A DNA stretch of 49,590 nucleotides from Clostridiaceae bacterium (lineage in GTDB: Bacteria; Bacillota; Clostridia; DSM-8532): assembly GCA_012727625.1 (NCBI GenBank), contig JAAYGP010000274.1, positions 1 through 49,590 on the forward strand. The letters are read 5' to 3'. The translations under genes were made by a program, and so were the position numbers. A model generated the notes under the pieces. That model ran no database searches, was not told where the DNA came from, and saw only the letters and a program-made list of their open reading frames with translations. Within the stretch, counting starts at the first letter, position 1; each line of letters begins with the position of its first letter. Of this stretch, positions 10,002 to 20,329 are shown piece by piece.

Positions 10002-10847
10002 ATGAGAATTGCAGAAAATGATATGCAATTAAAATTAAACACAATGCAAATACCATTAGATTCAAGGACAGATTCTGCACTGGATCCTATTTATATTGAA
10101 TACAAAAAAAACCGTACCATATTTATGATGTTCACGTTAACTTTAAAGCGTATTATTGATTTATTAGGTTCAGCGGTAGGTTTAATTATACTATCCCCGC
10201 TGTTCTTAGTAGTATCTATTGCCATAAAACTCGACTCGCCTGGCTCTGTTTTCTTCAAGCAGAGAAGGCTCGGCTTGTATGGTAAGGAATATAATATGTT
10301 TAAGTTTCGTACGATGTGCCAGAATGCGGAGAAAATGGAAACAGGACTTTATAGCTTTGCTGGTGATCCAAGAATCACTAGAGTGGGTAACCTATTGAGA
10401 AAATCAAGTATTGACGAACTGGCACAGTTAATCAATGTATTTATTGGAAATATGTCGCTGGTAGGGCCACGACCTCCGGTAATAAATGAACTTGGTGATT
10501 TTACTTCAATGAATAGGCGGTATAAAAAGCGCTTTAGGGTTAAGCCAGGTATGACCGGTTTGGCACAAGTGGTGGGACGTAATAAGATTACTTGGGATAA
10601 TAAGGTTAATTACGACAATCAATATATAGAAAAGTTACAAAAGCAGAGTATATGGATTGATATAGTAATCCTATTTAAAACAGTAGGTTGTTTGTTTAAG
10701 CATAAGGATATAATAGAAAACAAAATCGACGAAACACTGGATGATGTAAAGGCTGCAGAAGAGGCGGAAAAAGAGATTATAAGAATTGCCCATATGATGG
10801 AAGAAGAAGACCTTGCTTATGTTAAACAGACTAAAAAAAATGAGTAA
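10002..10847 (+). CDS. Polyprenyl-phosphate sugar-phosphate transferase (PglC/WbaP C-terminal type priming enzyme)
   Basis: KRIIDLLGSAVGLIILSPLFLVVSIAIKLDSPGSVFFKQRRLG..FKFRTM..DELAQLINVFIGNMSLVGPRPP. GGAGG lies 7 nt upstream of the ATG at 10002. Confidence 0.85.
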   Translation: MRIAENDMQLKLNTMQIPLDSRTDSALDPIYIEYKKNRTIFMMFTLTLKRIIDLLGSAVGLIILSPLFLVVSIAIKLDSPGSVFFKQRRLGLYGKEYNMFKFRTMCQNAEKMETGLYSFAGDPRITRVGNLLRKSSIDELAQLINVFIGNMSLVGPRPPVINELGDFTSMNRRYKKRFRVKPGMTGLAQVVGRNKITWDNKVNYDNQYIEKLQKQSIWIDIVILFKTVGCLFKHKDIIENKIDETLDDVKAAEEAEKEIIRIAHMMEEEDLAYVKQTKKNE

Positions 10848-10895
10848 TTGATAAGCAAGTAAATTATTATTATAAAAAAGGGAAGGTATTAAGTT

Positions 10896-11831
10896 ATGGC
10901 AAAATACAGTGTTGAAGATAGATTAATTTGGCTGAACGGTGAAATTGTTCATGTTAAAGATGCAAAGATTAACGTACTTTCTCCAACATCACAGTTTGGC
11001 TTGAATGTATTCGAAGGGATCCCATGTTATTGGAATGAGGAACAGCAGAAACTCTATGCATTTCGTCTTGATGCTCACTATAAGCGTTTACAACAGTCAG
11101 CAAAACTATTAGAGATAGAATGTCCATACAGTCCTGAAGAAATGAAGCGTGCATTGATAGAAGTTGTAAACGCAAATGAATATCATGAAGACATATCGGT
11201 ACGTCAGACGTTATTTGTAGACGGCTTTGGCTCCTGGAGTTCGAAGAATCCTGTTGGCATGTTTATAGCACCTATTCCCAGAAAGAGAACTTCTGCAGAA
11301 TACAATAAGGAAGGCTTGAATTGTTGTATAAGCTCCTGGCAAAGGATTGATGATATCAGCCTTTCACCTCGTATCAAGTGCGGTGCGAACTACATTAACA
11401 GTCGCATGGCTCAGTTGGAGGCATTGAGAAATGGATATGACACAACAATAATATTAAACAGCCGTGGTAAGGTTTCTGAAGGGCCTGGTTCTTGCCTGTT
11501 CATAGTTAGAGATGGGAAACTGGCCACACCACTAATCACAGATAGTGTGCTTGAGAGCATTACCAGAGATACAGTGATAAAAATAGCACATAAAATGGGG
11601 ATTGTTGTTAAAGAGAGAACAATAGACAGAACCGAGCTTTATATGTGCGACGAGATATTTCTTTGCGGTTCTGCAATGGAGATTAAGCCTGTCTTAAGCG
11701 TGGACAAGCATATTGTGGGTTCTGGTGAATGCGGAGAGATTACCAATAGATTTCGCAATGTGTATCTCAAAATTGTCAGAGGTCAGAGCAGCTTCAATAA
11801 TAGTTGGCTTGATATTATAGTTGAGGGTTAA
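10896..11831 (+). CDS. Class IV (branched-chain / D-amino-acid type) aminotransferase
   Basis: The VFEGIPCY...FRLDAHYKRLQQSAKLLEI and SEGPGSCLFIV patterns are typical of IlvE/Dat fold-type IV enzymes. Confidence 0.85.
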   Translation: MAKYSVEDRLIWLNGEIVHVKDAKINVLSPTSQFGLNVFEGIPCYWNEEQQKLYAFRLDAHYKRLQQSAKLLEIECPYSPEEMKRALIEVVNANEYHEDISVRQTLFVDGFGSWSSKNPVGMFIAPIPRKRTSAEYNKEGLNCCISSWQRIDDISLSPRIKCGANYINSRMAQLEALRNGYDTTIILNSRGKVSEGPGSCLFIVRDGKLATPLITDSVLESITRDTVIKIAHKMGIVVKERTIDRTELYMCDEIFLCGSAMEIKPVLSVDKHIVGSGECGEITNRFRNVYLKIVRGQSSFNNSWLDIIVEG

Positions 11832-11833
11832 AA

Positions 11834-12595
11834 ATGAAAACTCGTGAGTCTGATCTTGTATCTGTAATAATTCCTGTCTATAATGCTGAAAAATACCTGG
11901 CTGAAACGTTAGATTCAGCATTAGGTCAAACGTATAAAGATATTGAAATTGTAATAGTTGATGATTGCTCAACGGATTCATCAACAGAAATTATTAACAG
12001 ATATATGTCAAATAATAATAACATTAAGTATATACGTAATGAAACAAATCAAGGGGCCGCTGTTTCCAGAAATACCGGTATCCGGTATTCACGAGGGCAA
12101 TATATAGCGTTTCTTGATAGCGATGATGTATGGGATAAAACAAAAATTGAAAAACAAATAAGTCATTTGAGAGAAAAGAAAGCATGTTTTGGTTTTACTG
12201 CTTATGACATGATTGACGCTTATGGGCAACAGATAAAAGATAAAATTAAAATTAAAGAGCATATCGTTTACAAAGACCAACTGACAAAGACAGTGATATC
12301 AACGCCTACTGTTATTCTGGATGCAACCATAATTGGAAATATTGAAATTCCATTAAGAAGGACAGGCCAGGACTACGCATTGTGGCTGAAACTGTTGCGA
12401 GAATATGATGCGTTTGGAATAGATGAGGCTTTAGTTCATGTTAGGAGACGACCGAGTTCTTTATCGAAGAATAAATTTCAAAATATTCGAGATGTGTGGG
12501 AAATACAGACGAGAAATGAGAGGATACCTAAAATCAAAGCTTCGTTGAACGTTTTCAAGTACTGTATTTACGCTTTAAAAAAGAGATTTTTATAG
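11834..12595 (+). CDS. Family 2 glycosyltransferase
   Basis: VSVIIPVYNAEKYLAETLDSALGQTYKDIEIVIVDDCSTDSS and FLDSDD (DxD). Confidence 0.9.
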   Translation: MKTRESDLVSVIIPVYNAEKYLAETLDSALGQTYKDIEIVIVDDCSTDSSTEIINRYMSNNNNIKYIRNETNQGAAVSRNTGIRYSRGQYIAFLDSDDVWDKTKIEKQISHLREKKACFGFTAYDMIDAYGQQIKDKIKIKEHIVYKDQLTKTVISTPTVILDATIIGNIEIPLRRTGQDYALWLKLLREYDAFGIDEALVHVRRRPSSLSKNKFQNIRDVWEIQTRNERIPKIKASLNVFKYCIYALKKRFL

Positions 12596-12609
12596 GTGGT
12601 ATATTTTTT

Positions 12610-13797
12610 ATGAACATAAATGAACTTGTTATTTACTACGGCACGGTGACAACAAAAATAAATAATAAATACTATTTAAATGGAGCTTTCGGCAGATACG
12701 TAGATGAACTGTCAAATTATTATGATCGTATATATCTGGTTCTTCCTACAAGGTTAAAGGATGAATGTGAGGAAACAGACTATTGTTTAACTAGCAACAA
12801 TATCATCATGCAAGAACTGCCATATTATGATGGGGTAGTAGATGCATTGAGGAAGAAAAGAGATATTACAGATGCCTTAAGAAAATATTCAAAGTATTGG
12901 AATTCAACAATATATATAAGATGGCCAACACCTTTTTTTAAGCTGTTAACAAAAATAGCAAACCGCAAGTGTTTACCGGTTTGTTATCACTTGGTTGGTG
13001 ATTCTGAAATAGTTGTAAAAAAAGGAACAAAGTATAAAGGCATTTTACGAATGATTGCAATTGCGTATGCAAAATACAATGCTTGGCAAGTGAAGCGAAT
13101 AATTAAGGAAACGCCAACTTTAGTTAATGGTAATGGATTACGAAGACTATATTCAGAATATAATCCGTATATAAAAGAGATTAGAACAAGCACTTTTTAC
13201 AAAAATGAAATAATTCAAAGAGAGCCAAGGGATATTAAAGAATGCATAAATTTATTATATGTAGGATACTTAAGACACGAAAAAGGTTTAGAGTATTTAA
13301 TAAAAGCTGTTGATTTGATTAAACGCAACAATATTATATGCAAACTGTCAATAGTCGGTGATGGCGATAAGAGAAAAGAACTTGAGGATTTAGTACACGC
13401 CATGCATCTTGATGAATGTGTTAAGTTCTGCGGGTATATACCAGTAGGAGATACCCTGTTTTCAGAATATAAAAACGCAGATATTTTTGTATTACCATCT
13501 ATTTCAGAGGGAACACCAAGAGTATTGCTGGAAGCAATGAGCTGTGGAGCAGCAGTTGTTGCAACAGAAACAGGCGGGATTCCTTTTACAGTAACTAATT
13601 TGGAAAATGGTTTGCTGGTTCCCATTAAGAGCGCTGAAAAAATAGCGGAAGCCATAATTCGACTTAGAGATGACAGAGATCTTTACTTAAAAATTATTAA
13701 AAATGGTTATAAAACTGCAAATATGAACACAATTGAACACCATGTGGAAGAGATTTATCATTTTATTCAAGACTTTTGTTTAGGCAAGAAAAGTTAG
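12610..13797 (+). CDS. GT-B glycosyltransferase (GT4 / Glycos_transf_1)
   Basis: C-terminal VLPSISEGTPRVLLEAMSCGAAVVATETGGIP motif. Confidence 0.9.
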   Translation: MNINELVIYYGTVTTKINNKYYLNGAFGRYVDELSNYYDRIYLVLPTRLKDECEETDYCLTSNNIIMQELPYYDGVVDALRKKRDITDALRKYSKYWNSTIYIRWPTPFFKLLTKIANRKCLPVCYHLVGDSEIVVKKGTKYKGILRMIAIAYAKYNAWQVKRIIKETPTLVNGNGLRRLYSEYNPYIKEIRTSTFYKNEIIQREPRDIKECINLLYVGYLRHEKGLEYLIKAVDLIKRNNIICKLSIVGDGDKRKELEDLVHAMHLDECVKFCGYIPVGDTLFSEYKNADIFVLPSISEGTPRVLLEAMSCGAAVVATETGGIPFTVTNLENGLLVPIKSAEKIAEAIIRLRDDRDLYLKIIKNGYKTANMNTIEHHVEEIYHFIQDFCLGKKS

Positions 13798-14345
13798 AGT
13801 ATACAGTTGATGGAGGAAGATGGAAAAGATTTTTTTTATATAGTATACCGATAAGGCTAATACAAATATTAGTTGGTCTTTTACCAAACTCGGATCCTGC
13901 AAATAGAATACGTGGTTTCTTAATGCGCCCTTTCTTTAAAAGTGCGGGGAAAAATCTTCAGATTGCGTCAGGTGTAATTGCTAATAGAATTGATCAGATT
14001 TGTCTTGGAGATAATGTATACCTTGCGCATAATTCGTGGATTAACGGTACAGGAAAAGTATATATTGAGGATAATGTAATTATTGGACCTTTTTGTGTTG
14101 TAGCTTCGACAGAGCATCCTTTCGTGGATGGGGTTGTTTCGAATAATGGAACGATAGTCGCCCCTGTTCGAATTGGAAAAGGTTCTTGGTTGGCTAGTCA
14201 TTCGGTTATAACTTTAGGAACAAATGTTGGGTTAGGAAATCTGATATGTGCAAATTCTGTTGTAAATAGGGACACGGAGGATTATTCAATGTATGGTGGG
14301 ATACCAGCAAAAAAAATAAAAGACTTGGAAACTCCCCAAAAATAA
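13776..14345 (+). CDS. Hexapeptide-repeat (LbH) O-acetyltransferase
   Basis: Left-handed beta-helix repeats (IGDNVYLAHNSWINGTGKVYIEDNVIIGPFCVV...IGKGSWLASHSVI..GTNVGLGNLICANSVV). TTG start overlaps the preceding gene by 22 nt. Confidence 0.8.
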   Translation: MFRQEKLEYTVDGGRWKRFFLYSIPIRLIQILVGLLPNSDPANRIRGFLMRPFFKSAGKNLQIASGVIANRIDQICLGDNVYLAHNSWINGTGKVYIEDNVIIGPFCVVASTEHPFVDGVVSNNGTIVAPVRIGKGSWLASHSVITLGTNVGLGNLICANSVVNRDTEDYSMYGGIPAKKIKDLETPQK

Positions 14346-14484
14346 CCATCGTTAAAATGCATATTATCTAAGTGTTAAAAATACAGAAGTGTTTAAAGAA
14401 ATTGAACAAATTATATTGATTGATGATTAAAAAATTAAGTCTTTAATATTATTCATTAGTACTGGATAAGGAAGAATATTTGAA

Positions 14485-15816
14485 ATGAACATATTTTTGC
14501 TAACTCTGTTGTTGTTTCTTGCTGGATTGACTTATTTATCTTATTCCAAGCGAATTTTTTCTCCTCCAATTATGATTATAGGCGGCTTTGCTATTTGTAC
14601 GATAATACTAATATCAAATGAAAGCAACTGGGGGTATTACCTTTCAGGAAAAACTGTGCTTATTATAGCGACAAGTATTCTTACTTTTTTAATTGGAGAC
14701 ATCATGGGAAGAACAATTATATTGTTCAATAATTACAGGTCAGAGTTAGAATGCAATTCATTTAAAGAAAAGCGAAATACTTACAAAATAGTTTGTTTCA
14801 ATATTAAAAAAAACAAAGCACTGGTTTTAATATCAATACTTTATTCACTTATAGCATTTATGCTCCAAATAAAGTACTTTTATAACATAAGTTTATTGGT
14901 TGGTAATAAAGATGGAATTAGTGGTATGTTTAATTATGGAGCGGCCATAAGAAGTTATGTAACACATATTTCGGTTGACAGAAGTAATCTTGAAGATTTG
15001 ATTGTAAAGTTAATCCTTCCACTATCATATGTTTCATTTTATTTATTCATATCTAATATTGTGAGTGGAAAGAAAATACGAGCCAATTTTATTTTGCTAA
15101 TCACACCGATTATCCACTTACTATGCGAATTGTTATCGACGAACAGGATTGGAATAATTTATATTCTTATCTATATGACCGTATGCACGATAGTAGTTTA
15201 TTCAATAAAACAAAAGTGGAGTATACGCAATAATAAAAAGCTGATAAAAATATTAATGCTTTCATGCATCGTTGTATTTATTTTTTTTAGAATATCAGGT
15301 TATATAACTCATAGAGGAATAGGTGTTACGTTAATGTCACAGATTTCCGAATATACTGCAGGTTCACTCGTTGCCCTTGACTATGGATTAAATGGTAAAG
15401 CCGGAATTATAACCACAGCTTCCAACTTGTTTGGAGGAATATTACGGGTTACTAATAAGTTAGGATTTACAAATGCATCTTTTATGAGTTCAAATGCTGA
15501 ATTTGTTTTTTGGCGAAATGGATCAACGAATATTTACACAGCAATTTATGCATATGTGTGTTCTTTTGGATACATTGGAAACTATCTGGTATTTTTGCTA
15601 ATGGGAATGGTATTTGGCCGATTATTTAAGAAAATAATGTATTATAATCATGATCCCTTTGTAGTAATAACTTTTTCCTGGTTTATTTTCGCACCGACTT
15701 TGAGCTGCATTGCTGATAGATTTTTAACACAAATTCTTGTAATAAACGTTGTAATACAGTTAATTTTCCTGAAATTATTGTTAAAGTTTTTGAAAAAGAA
15801 ATTTGACTGGATTTAA
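14485..15816 (+). CDS. Wzy-type oligosaccharide repeat-unit polymerase (polytopic membrane protein)
   Basis: About 10-12 hydrophobic helices, very AT-rich and poorly conserved, sitting next to the flippase as in Wzx/Wzy loci. Confidence 0.6.
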   Translation: MNIFLLTLLLFLAGLTYLSYSKRIFSPPIMIIGGFAICTIILISNESNWGYYLSGKTVLIIATSILTFLIGDIMGRTIILFNNYRSELECNSFKEKRNTYKIVCFNIKKNKALVLISILYSLIAFMLQIKYFYNISLLVGNKDGISGMFNYGAAIRSYVTHISVDRSNLEDLIVKLILPLSYVSFYLFISNIVSGKKIRANFILLITPIIHLLCELLSTNRIGIIYILIYMTVCTIVVYSIKQKWSIRNNKKLIKILMLSCIVVFIFFRISGYITHRGIGVTLMSQISEYTAGSLVALDYGLNGKAGIITTASNLFGGILRVTNKLGFTNASFMSSNAEFVFWRNGSTNIYTAIYAYVCSFGYIGNYLVFLLMGMVFGRLFKKIMYYNHDPFVVITFSWFIFAPTLSCIADRFLTQILVINVVIQLIFLKLLLKFLKKKFDWI

Positions 15817-15850
15817 TAAAAAATGCAGTACTTACGGAGTTAAATTAATA

Positions 15851-17353
15851 ATGAGAATAAAAAATGTTTTAAGAAATACATCATGGGAATTAGCATATGA
15901 GTTTACAGTTATCCTTTTAGGCTTTTTAGCACCAAGGTATATAATACTTACATATGGATCCGAAGTTAACGGGCTACAATCTACAATAATGCAAATTGTA
16001 TCAATTATGGCTTTATTGCAGGCCGGTGCTGTAACAACATCAGTATACTCATTATATAAGCCAATAGCAGAAAAAAATTATGAAGAAATATCGCTAAAAC
16101 TGTCTTCATCCGTCAAGTTCTTTAAGAGAATTACTGTAATTTTTTTATTATTAGTACTTATAGGTGCCTTAATCACAGCATTGGTACTGGAAAGTAAAAT
16201 AGATAAAGGATTAATTTTTATTGCATTTTTAATTGTCGGATTAAAAAACGCTTTGGATTTGCTTTTTACTTCTAAATTTAGAATCATTTTCAGTGCTGAC
16301 CAACAAAAACATATTGTCTCAATAGGGCTGATAATAGAACAGACCATTTATTATGTTTTGTTATTTGTAACGGTATTGTTGGATTTGCACTTCATTTATA
16401 TGTTTGTATGGTTACTATTTGGTTGTTTTATAAAAATTATATTTATGCAATTTAACTATAAAAAACGATATACCAATTTGATAGATACTTCCAAGAAAGA
16501 AGCAGATTCTAAAATAAAGGGAAGAAATTATTCTCTTGCAAATGAAATCTCCCATAGTGTAGTTGCATCCTCTATAACTATATTATTCTCTTTCCTATAT
16601 GGCCTTGAGGCAGCAAGTATTCTGGGTGTTTATTGGATGGTGATTCGTTTGTTGACCATGCTGGCACAGGCGATTTATGGTTCTTTCGCTCCGAGTTACG
16701 GTAATTTGGTGGCTGAAGGTGATTATAACAAAATAAATCATGTGTTTGACATATTTCAATATGTATTTTTCATGCTCAATACATTTTTATATATGTGCGC
16801 AGCTTATTTAATATTGCCATTTGTAAGAATTTACACAAGCGGCATAATTGATGCACAGTATGTGAATCAATTATTATCAGTTATAATCATTGGATATGGT
16901 ATTATTAATACTTATAGAATTCCATATAACATTGTTGTCTCAACAAATGGACTTTTTAAGGAAACATGGCTGCAGCCCCTTTTATCTGCAATATTTTCCT
17001 TGTTAATTTCAATAGTTCTCGGTAGGATAAACATGTCTTTTATTCTGGTAGGACCTATAACCTTTTACTTTACTAATGCAATTTATCAGCATTTTGTTAT
17101 TAAGAGGGAGTTGCCACTATTTAAAGTTGATAATACAAAACGTCATGTGTTCGTTTCTTTAATGGCAATGTGCATAGCTGTAATGGCAAGCATTATTGCT
17201 CCCAGCTCGGCTAATGACATTGGTACATGGTTTTTTGATGCGGTGTGTTCCGCACTAATAAATATTTTGTTAATCTTTATAATTTCTTTAATATTCGACA
17301 GAAAATCCCTTTTAAATACTTTCAGATATATAGAGTCTTTGATAAGGAGATAG
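15851..17353 (+). CDS. Wzx-type polysaccharide flippase (MOP superfamily)
   Basis: MRIKNVLRNTSWELAYEFTVILLGFLAPRYIILTYGSEVNGL is a typical Wzx N-terminus, with about 12-14 TM helices. The ATG at 15851 is preferred over the track start at 15803. Confidence 0.8.
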   Translation: MRIKNVLRNTSWELAYEFTVILLGFLAPRYIILTYGSEVNGLQSTIMQIVSIMALLQAGAVTTSVYSLYKPIAEKNYEEISLKLSSSVKFFKRITVIFLLLVLIGALITALVLESKIDKGLIFIAFLIVGLKNALDLLFTSKFRIIFSADQQKHIVSIGLIIEQTIYYVLLFVTVLLDLHFIYMFVWLLFGCFIKIIFMQFNYKKRYTNLIDTSKKEADSKIKGRNYSLANEISHSVVASSITILFSFLYGLEAASILGVYWMVIRLLTMLAQAIYGSFAPSYGNLVAEGDYNKINHVFDIFQYVFFMLNTFLYMCAAYLILPFVRIYTSGIIDAQYVNQLLSVIIIGYGIINTYRIPYNIVVSTNGLFKETWLQPLLSAIFSLLISIVLGRINMSFILVGPITFYFTNAIYQHFVIKRELPLFKVDNTKRHVFVSLMAMCIAVMASIIAPSSANDIGTWFFDAVCSALINILLIFIISLIFDRKSLLNTFRYIESLIRR

Positions 17354-17357
17354 ATTA

Positions 17358-18338
17358 ATGGATCCGTTATTTGTAGTATTCACAAAGCATTCAGATTATG
17401 CATGGGTTCATACAGAGGAACTGCAGAATTATACAAATGTTATTTTTGATAAAAAGATTAATAATAAATTATTAGCTATGGCAAACAGACTTCACACAGC
17501 AATACGAACCAATAAATATTTCAGAATTCCGCTACAAAAAATATGGTTTAAATGCTATCTCGACAATGAAAAAATTAAAAATTATAAAGAGATTTATTTT
17601 TTGTTTATTGAGGGGAATAGATTGGGTTACAGTCCGGAGTATTTAAAATATATAAAAAAGGAATATCCAAATGCTAAGTTAGTTTTTGATTTTACTAATC
17701 CTACCAAAAAAATCGATAGTAAATACATTGAGCTAATTAAGAAATATTATGACTTGATACTGTCATTTGATTTATCAGATTGTAAAGAATTCGGCTGGAC
17801 TTATTATAGTGGTGTTTACAGCAAAAGAAATGATCTGGATTTGTCAGATGTGCCTGATTCAGATGTTTTTTTTGTTGGCAGTGATAAAGGTAGAATTGAT
17901 ATTATTCATGAGATATATGATTTGCTGACAGACCATGGTTTAAAATGTGATTTTCATGTGGTTGATGTTCATAAATCCAAAATCAGAAAGAATTCATGTA
18001 TTCAATATAACAAACGGTTATCATATGAAGAGGTCATAAAAAGAGTCTGTAAAACAAAATGTATATTGGAAGTAACTCAATCAAACCAAACTGGCAGTTC
18101 ATTACGTGTCATGGAAGCAATCGCATATGGTAAAAAATTACTTACAAGTAATAAGGCACTTGAACAAGAGAGATTTTATAATAAAAATCAAATGTATATT
18201 TTTGATAAGCCTTCCGATATAAATATAGAGTTTTTAATCAATAATGAAGAACAATTTGAATATGATGGCTGTTTATCACCATACAAAAGACTTGAATTCA
18301 TACAGAATTATTTTAGAAAACGTGAGGGTGAGAGTTAA
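17358..18338 (+). CDS. Uncharacterised glycan-locus protein, possibly a GT-B-like transferase
   Basis: Clear ORF with AAGGAG RBS. Only weak cues to function: FFVGSDKGR and SSLRVMEAIAYGKKLLTSN resemble the C-terminal half of GT-B enzymes. Confidence 0.4.
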   Translation: MDPLFVVFTKHSDYAWVHTEELQNYTNVIFDKKINNKLLAMANRLHTAIRTNKYFRIPLQKIWFKCYLDNEKIKNYKEIYFLFIEGNRLGYSPEYLKYIKKEYPNAKLVFDFTNPTKKIDSKYIELIKKYYDLILSFDLSDCKEFGWTYYSGVYSKRNDLDLSDVPDSDVFFVGSDKGRIDIIHEIYDLLTDHGLKCDFHVVDVHKSKIRKNSCIQYNKRLSYEEVIKRVCKTKCILEVTQSNQTGSSLRVMEAIAYGKKLLTSNKALEQERFYNKNQMYIFDKPSDINIEFLINNEEQFEYDGCLSPYKRLEFIQNYFRKREGES

Positions 18339-18356
18339 TTTAATAGGAGGAAGATC

Positions 18357-19241
18357 ATGAAAGGAATTATTCTAGCTGGAGGAGCCGGAACCCGGCTATA
18401 TCCATTAACTATGGTTACCTGTAAACAGTTATTGCCAATTTATGACAAACCAATGATTTATTATCCATTGTCTACTCTCATGCTCGCTGGAATCAAGGAT
18501 ATTCTTATTATATCTACTCCAACAGACTTACCGAATTTTGAGAGGCTTCTTAGAGACGGTTCGGACTTTGGTATAAACTTATCATATAAGATCCAGCCAA
18601 ATCCTGACGGATTGGCACAGGCATTTATTCTTGGTGAGGAATTCATCGATGATGATACCGTTGCCATGTGTTTGGGGGATAACATTTTCTATGGTGGCAG
18701 TTTAACTGAAAGATTAATAATTGCTGTTAATAATGCAGAAAAAGGTTATGCCACAGTCTTCGGTTACTACGTCAAAGATCCTGAACGATTTGGCATTATG
18801 GAAATTGATGATTCAGGCAATGTTATAAGCGTTGAAGAAAAGCCAAAGCAGCCGAAATCAAACTATTGCATTACCGGCCTCTACTTCTATCCAAAGGGCG
18901 TGAGTAAAAGAGCAAAAATTGTAAAACCCAGTGCAAGGGGGGAGCTAGAGATTACATCACTCAATGAAATGTACCTTAAGGATGGGATACTTAAAGCACA
19001 GATCCTGGGACGCGGCTTTACATGGATCGATGCAGGAACAATGGACAGTTTAACAGATGCCTCCGTATTTGTTCAGATGATTCAAAACCGGCAGGGAGTA
19101 GTCATCTCAGCACCGGAAGAGATTGCATACATACGTGGCTGGATATCGAAAGATAAATTGCTTGAATCCGTTGATCGTTATGGAAAATCGCCATATGGAC
19201 AACACTTAAGGAATGTTGCTACAGGAAAATTCATATACTGA
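18357..19241 (+). CDS. rfbA: Glucose-1-phosphate thymidylyltransferase
   Basis: [18 protein letters not shown]...[17 protein letters not shown]; 294 aa. Confidence 0.95.
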   Translation: MKGIILAGGAGTRLYPLTMVTCKQLLPIYDKPMIYYPLSTLMLAGIKDILIISTPTDLPNFERLLRDGSDFGINLSYKIQPNPDGLAQAFILGEEFIDDDTVAMCLGDNIFYGGSLTERLIIAVNNAEKGYATVFGYYVKDPERFGIMEIDDSGNVISVEEKPKQPKSNYCITGLYFYPKGVSKRAKIVKPSARGELEITSLNEMYLKDGILKAQILGRGFTWIDAGTMDSLTDASVFVQMIQNRQGVVISAPEEIAYIRGWISKDKLLESVDRYGKSPYGQHLRNVATGKFIY

Positions 19242-19252
19242 GGAGGTGTAAG

Positions 19253-20272
19253 ATGACTGTTATAGTTACCGGTGGTGCCGGATTCATTGGTTCCAACTTT
19301 ATATTCTATATGCTTAAGAGATATCCTGATTATAGGATAATATGTCTTGATAAACTTACTTATGCGGGAAATTTTTCTACTCTGGCTTCGGTAATGGACA
19401 ACCCACGGTTCAGATTCGTAAGGGCAGATATTTGTGACCGTAAGGCTGTATATAATCTTTTTGAGGAAGAACATCCAGACATCGTAGTAAATTTTGCAGC
19501 TGAGAGCCATGTGGATAGAAGTATCGAGAATCCATGCCTGTTTCTCAAAACAAATATTATAGGTACTGCCACAATAATGGATGCTTGCAGGGAATATGGT
19601 ATAATCAGATATCATCAGGTATCAACTGACGAGGTTTATGGTGATCTTCCCCTTGACCGTCCTGATTTGTTATTTACTGAAGAGACGCCAATTCGTACAA
19701 GCTCTCCATACTCAAGTTCCAAGGCAGCAGCCGACCTTTTGGTTCTTGCCTATCACAGAACTTATGGTTTGCCTGTAACCATCAGCCGCTGTTCAAACAA
19801 CTATGGGCCGTATCACTTTCCGGAGAAGTTAATCCCGTTGATGATTATAAATGCTCTGAGTGACAAACCATTACCTGTTTATGGAGAAGGTATAAATGTC
19901 CGTGATTGGCTTTATGTAGAAGATCACTGTAAGGCTATAGATTTAATCATACACAAGGGCAGAGCCGGTGAAGTCTATAACATTGGAGGCCGCAATGAGA
20001 TGCGGAACATAGATGTTGTAAAGATGATTTGTGATGCTCTTGGAAAACCATATACTCTGATTAGATTTGTAACCGATCGTAAAGGTCATGATTTGAGATA
20101 CGCAATTGATGCTACAAAGATTCATAATGAGTTGGGCTGGTTTCCTGAGACAAAATTCGCTGACGGAATTAAAAAGACAGTTCAATGGTATTTGGATAAC
20201 CGTGAGTGGTGGGAAACTATTATCAGCGGAGAGTACCAAAATTACTATGAAAAAATGTACGGGAACATATAA
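19253..20272 (+). CDS. rfbB: dTDP-glucose 4,6-dehydratase
   Basis: VTGGAGFIGSNF, HQVSTDEVYG, YSSSKAA (YxxxK); 339 aa. Confidence 0.95.
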   Translation: MTVIVTGGAGFIGSNFIFYMLKRYPDYRIICLDKLTYAGNFSTLASVMDNPRFRFVRADICDRKAVYNLFEEEHPDIVVNFAAESHVDRSIENPCLFLKTNIIGTATIMDACREYGIIRYHQVSTDEVYGDLPLDRPDLLFTEETPIRTSSPYSSSKAAADLLVLAYHRTYGLPVTISRCSNNYGPYHFPEKLIPLMIINALSDKPLPVYGEGINVRDWLYVEDHCKAIDLIIHKGRAGEVYNIGGRNEMRNIDVVKMICDALGKPYTLIRFVTDRKGHDLRYAIDATKIHNELGWFPETKFADGIKKTVQWYLDNREWWETIISGEYQNYYEKMYGNI

Positions 20273-20329
20273 TATAACGATTTGTTATGTAAAAAATAAA
20301 AATTTAAAGACAGGAAGGAGATCAAAATA

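Noticed and set aside
13215-13655. 146-aa minus-strand ORF
   Set aside because: It lies entirely antisense within the well-supported GT4 gene. It has a low-complexity Ser/Thr/Pro-rich composition and no RBS, so it is a shadow ORF.
19178-19615. 145-aa minus-strand ORF spanning the rmlA/rmlB junction
   Set aside because: It overlaps two unambiguous genes on the other strand.
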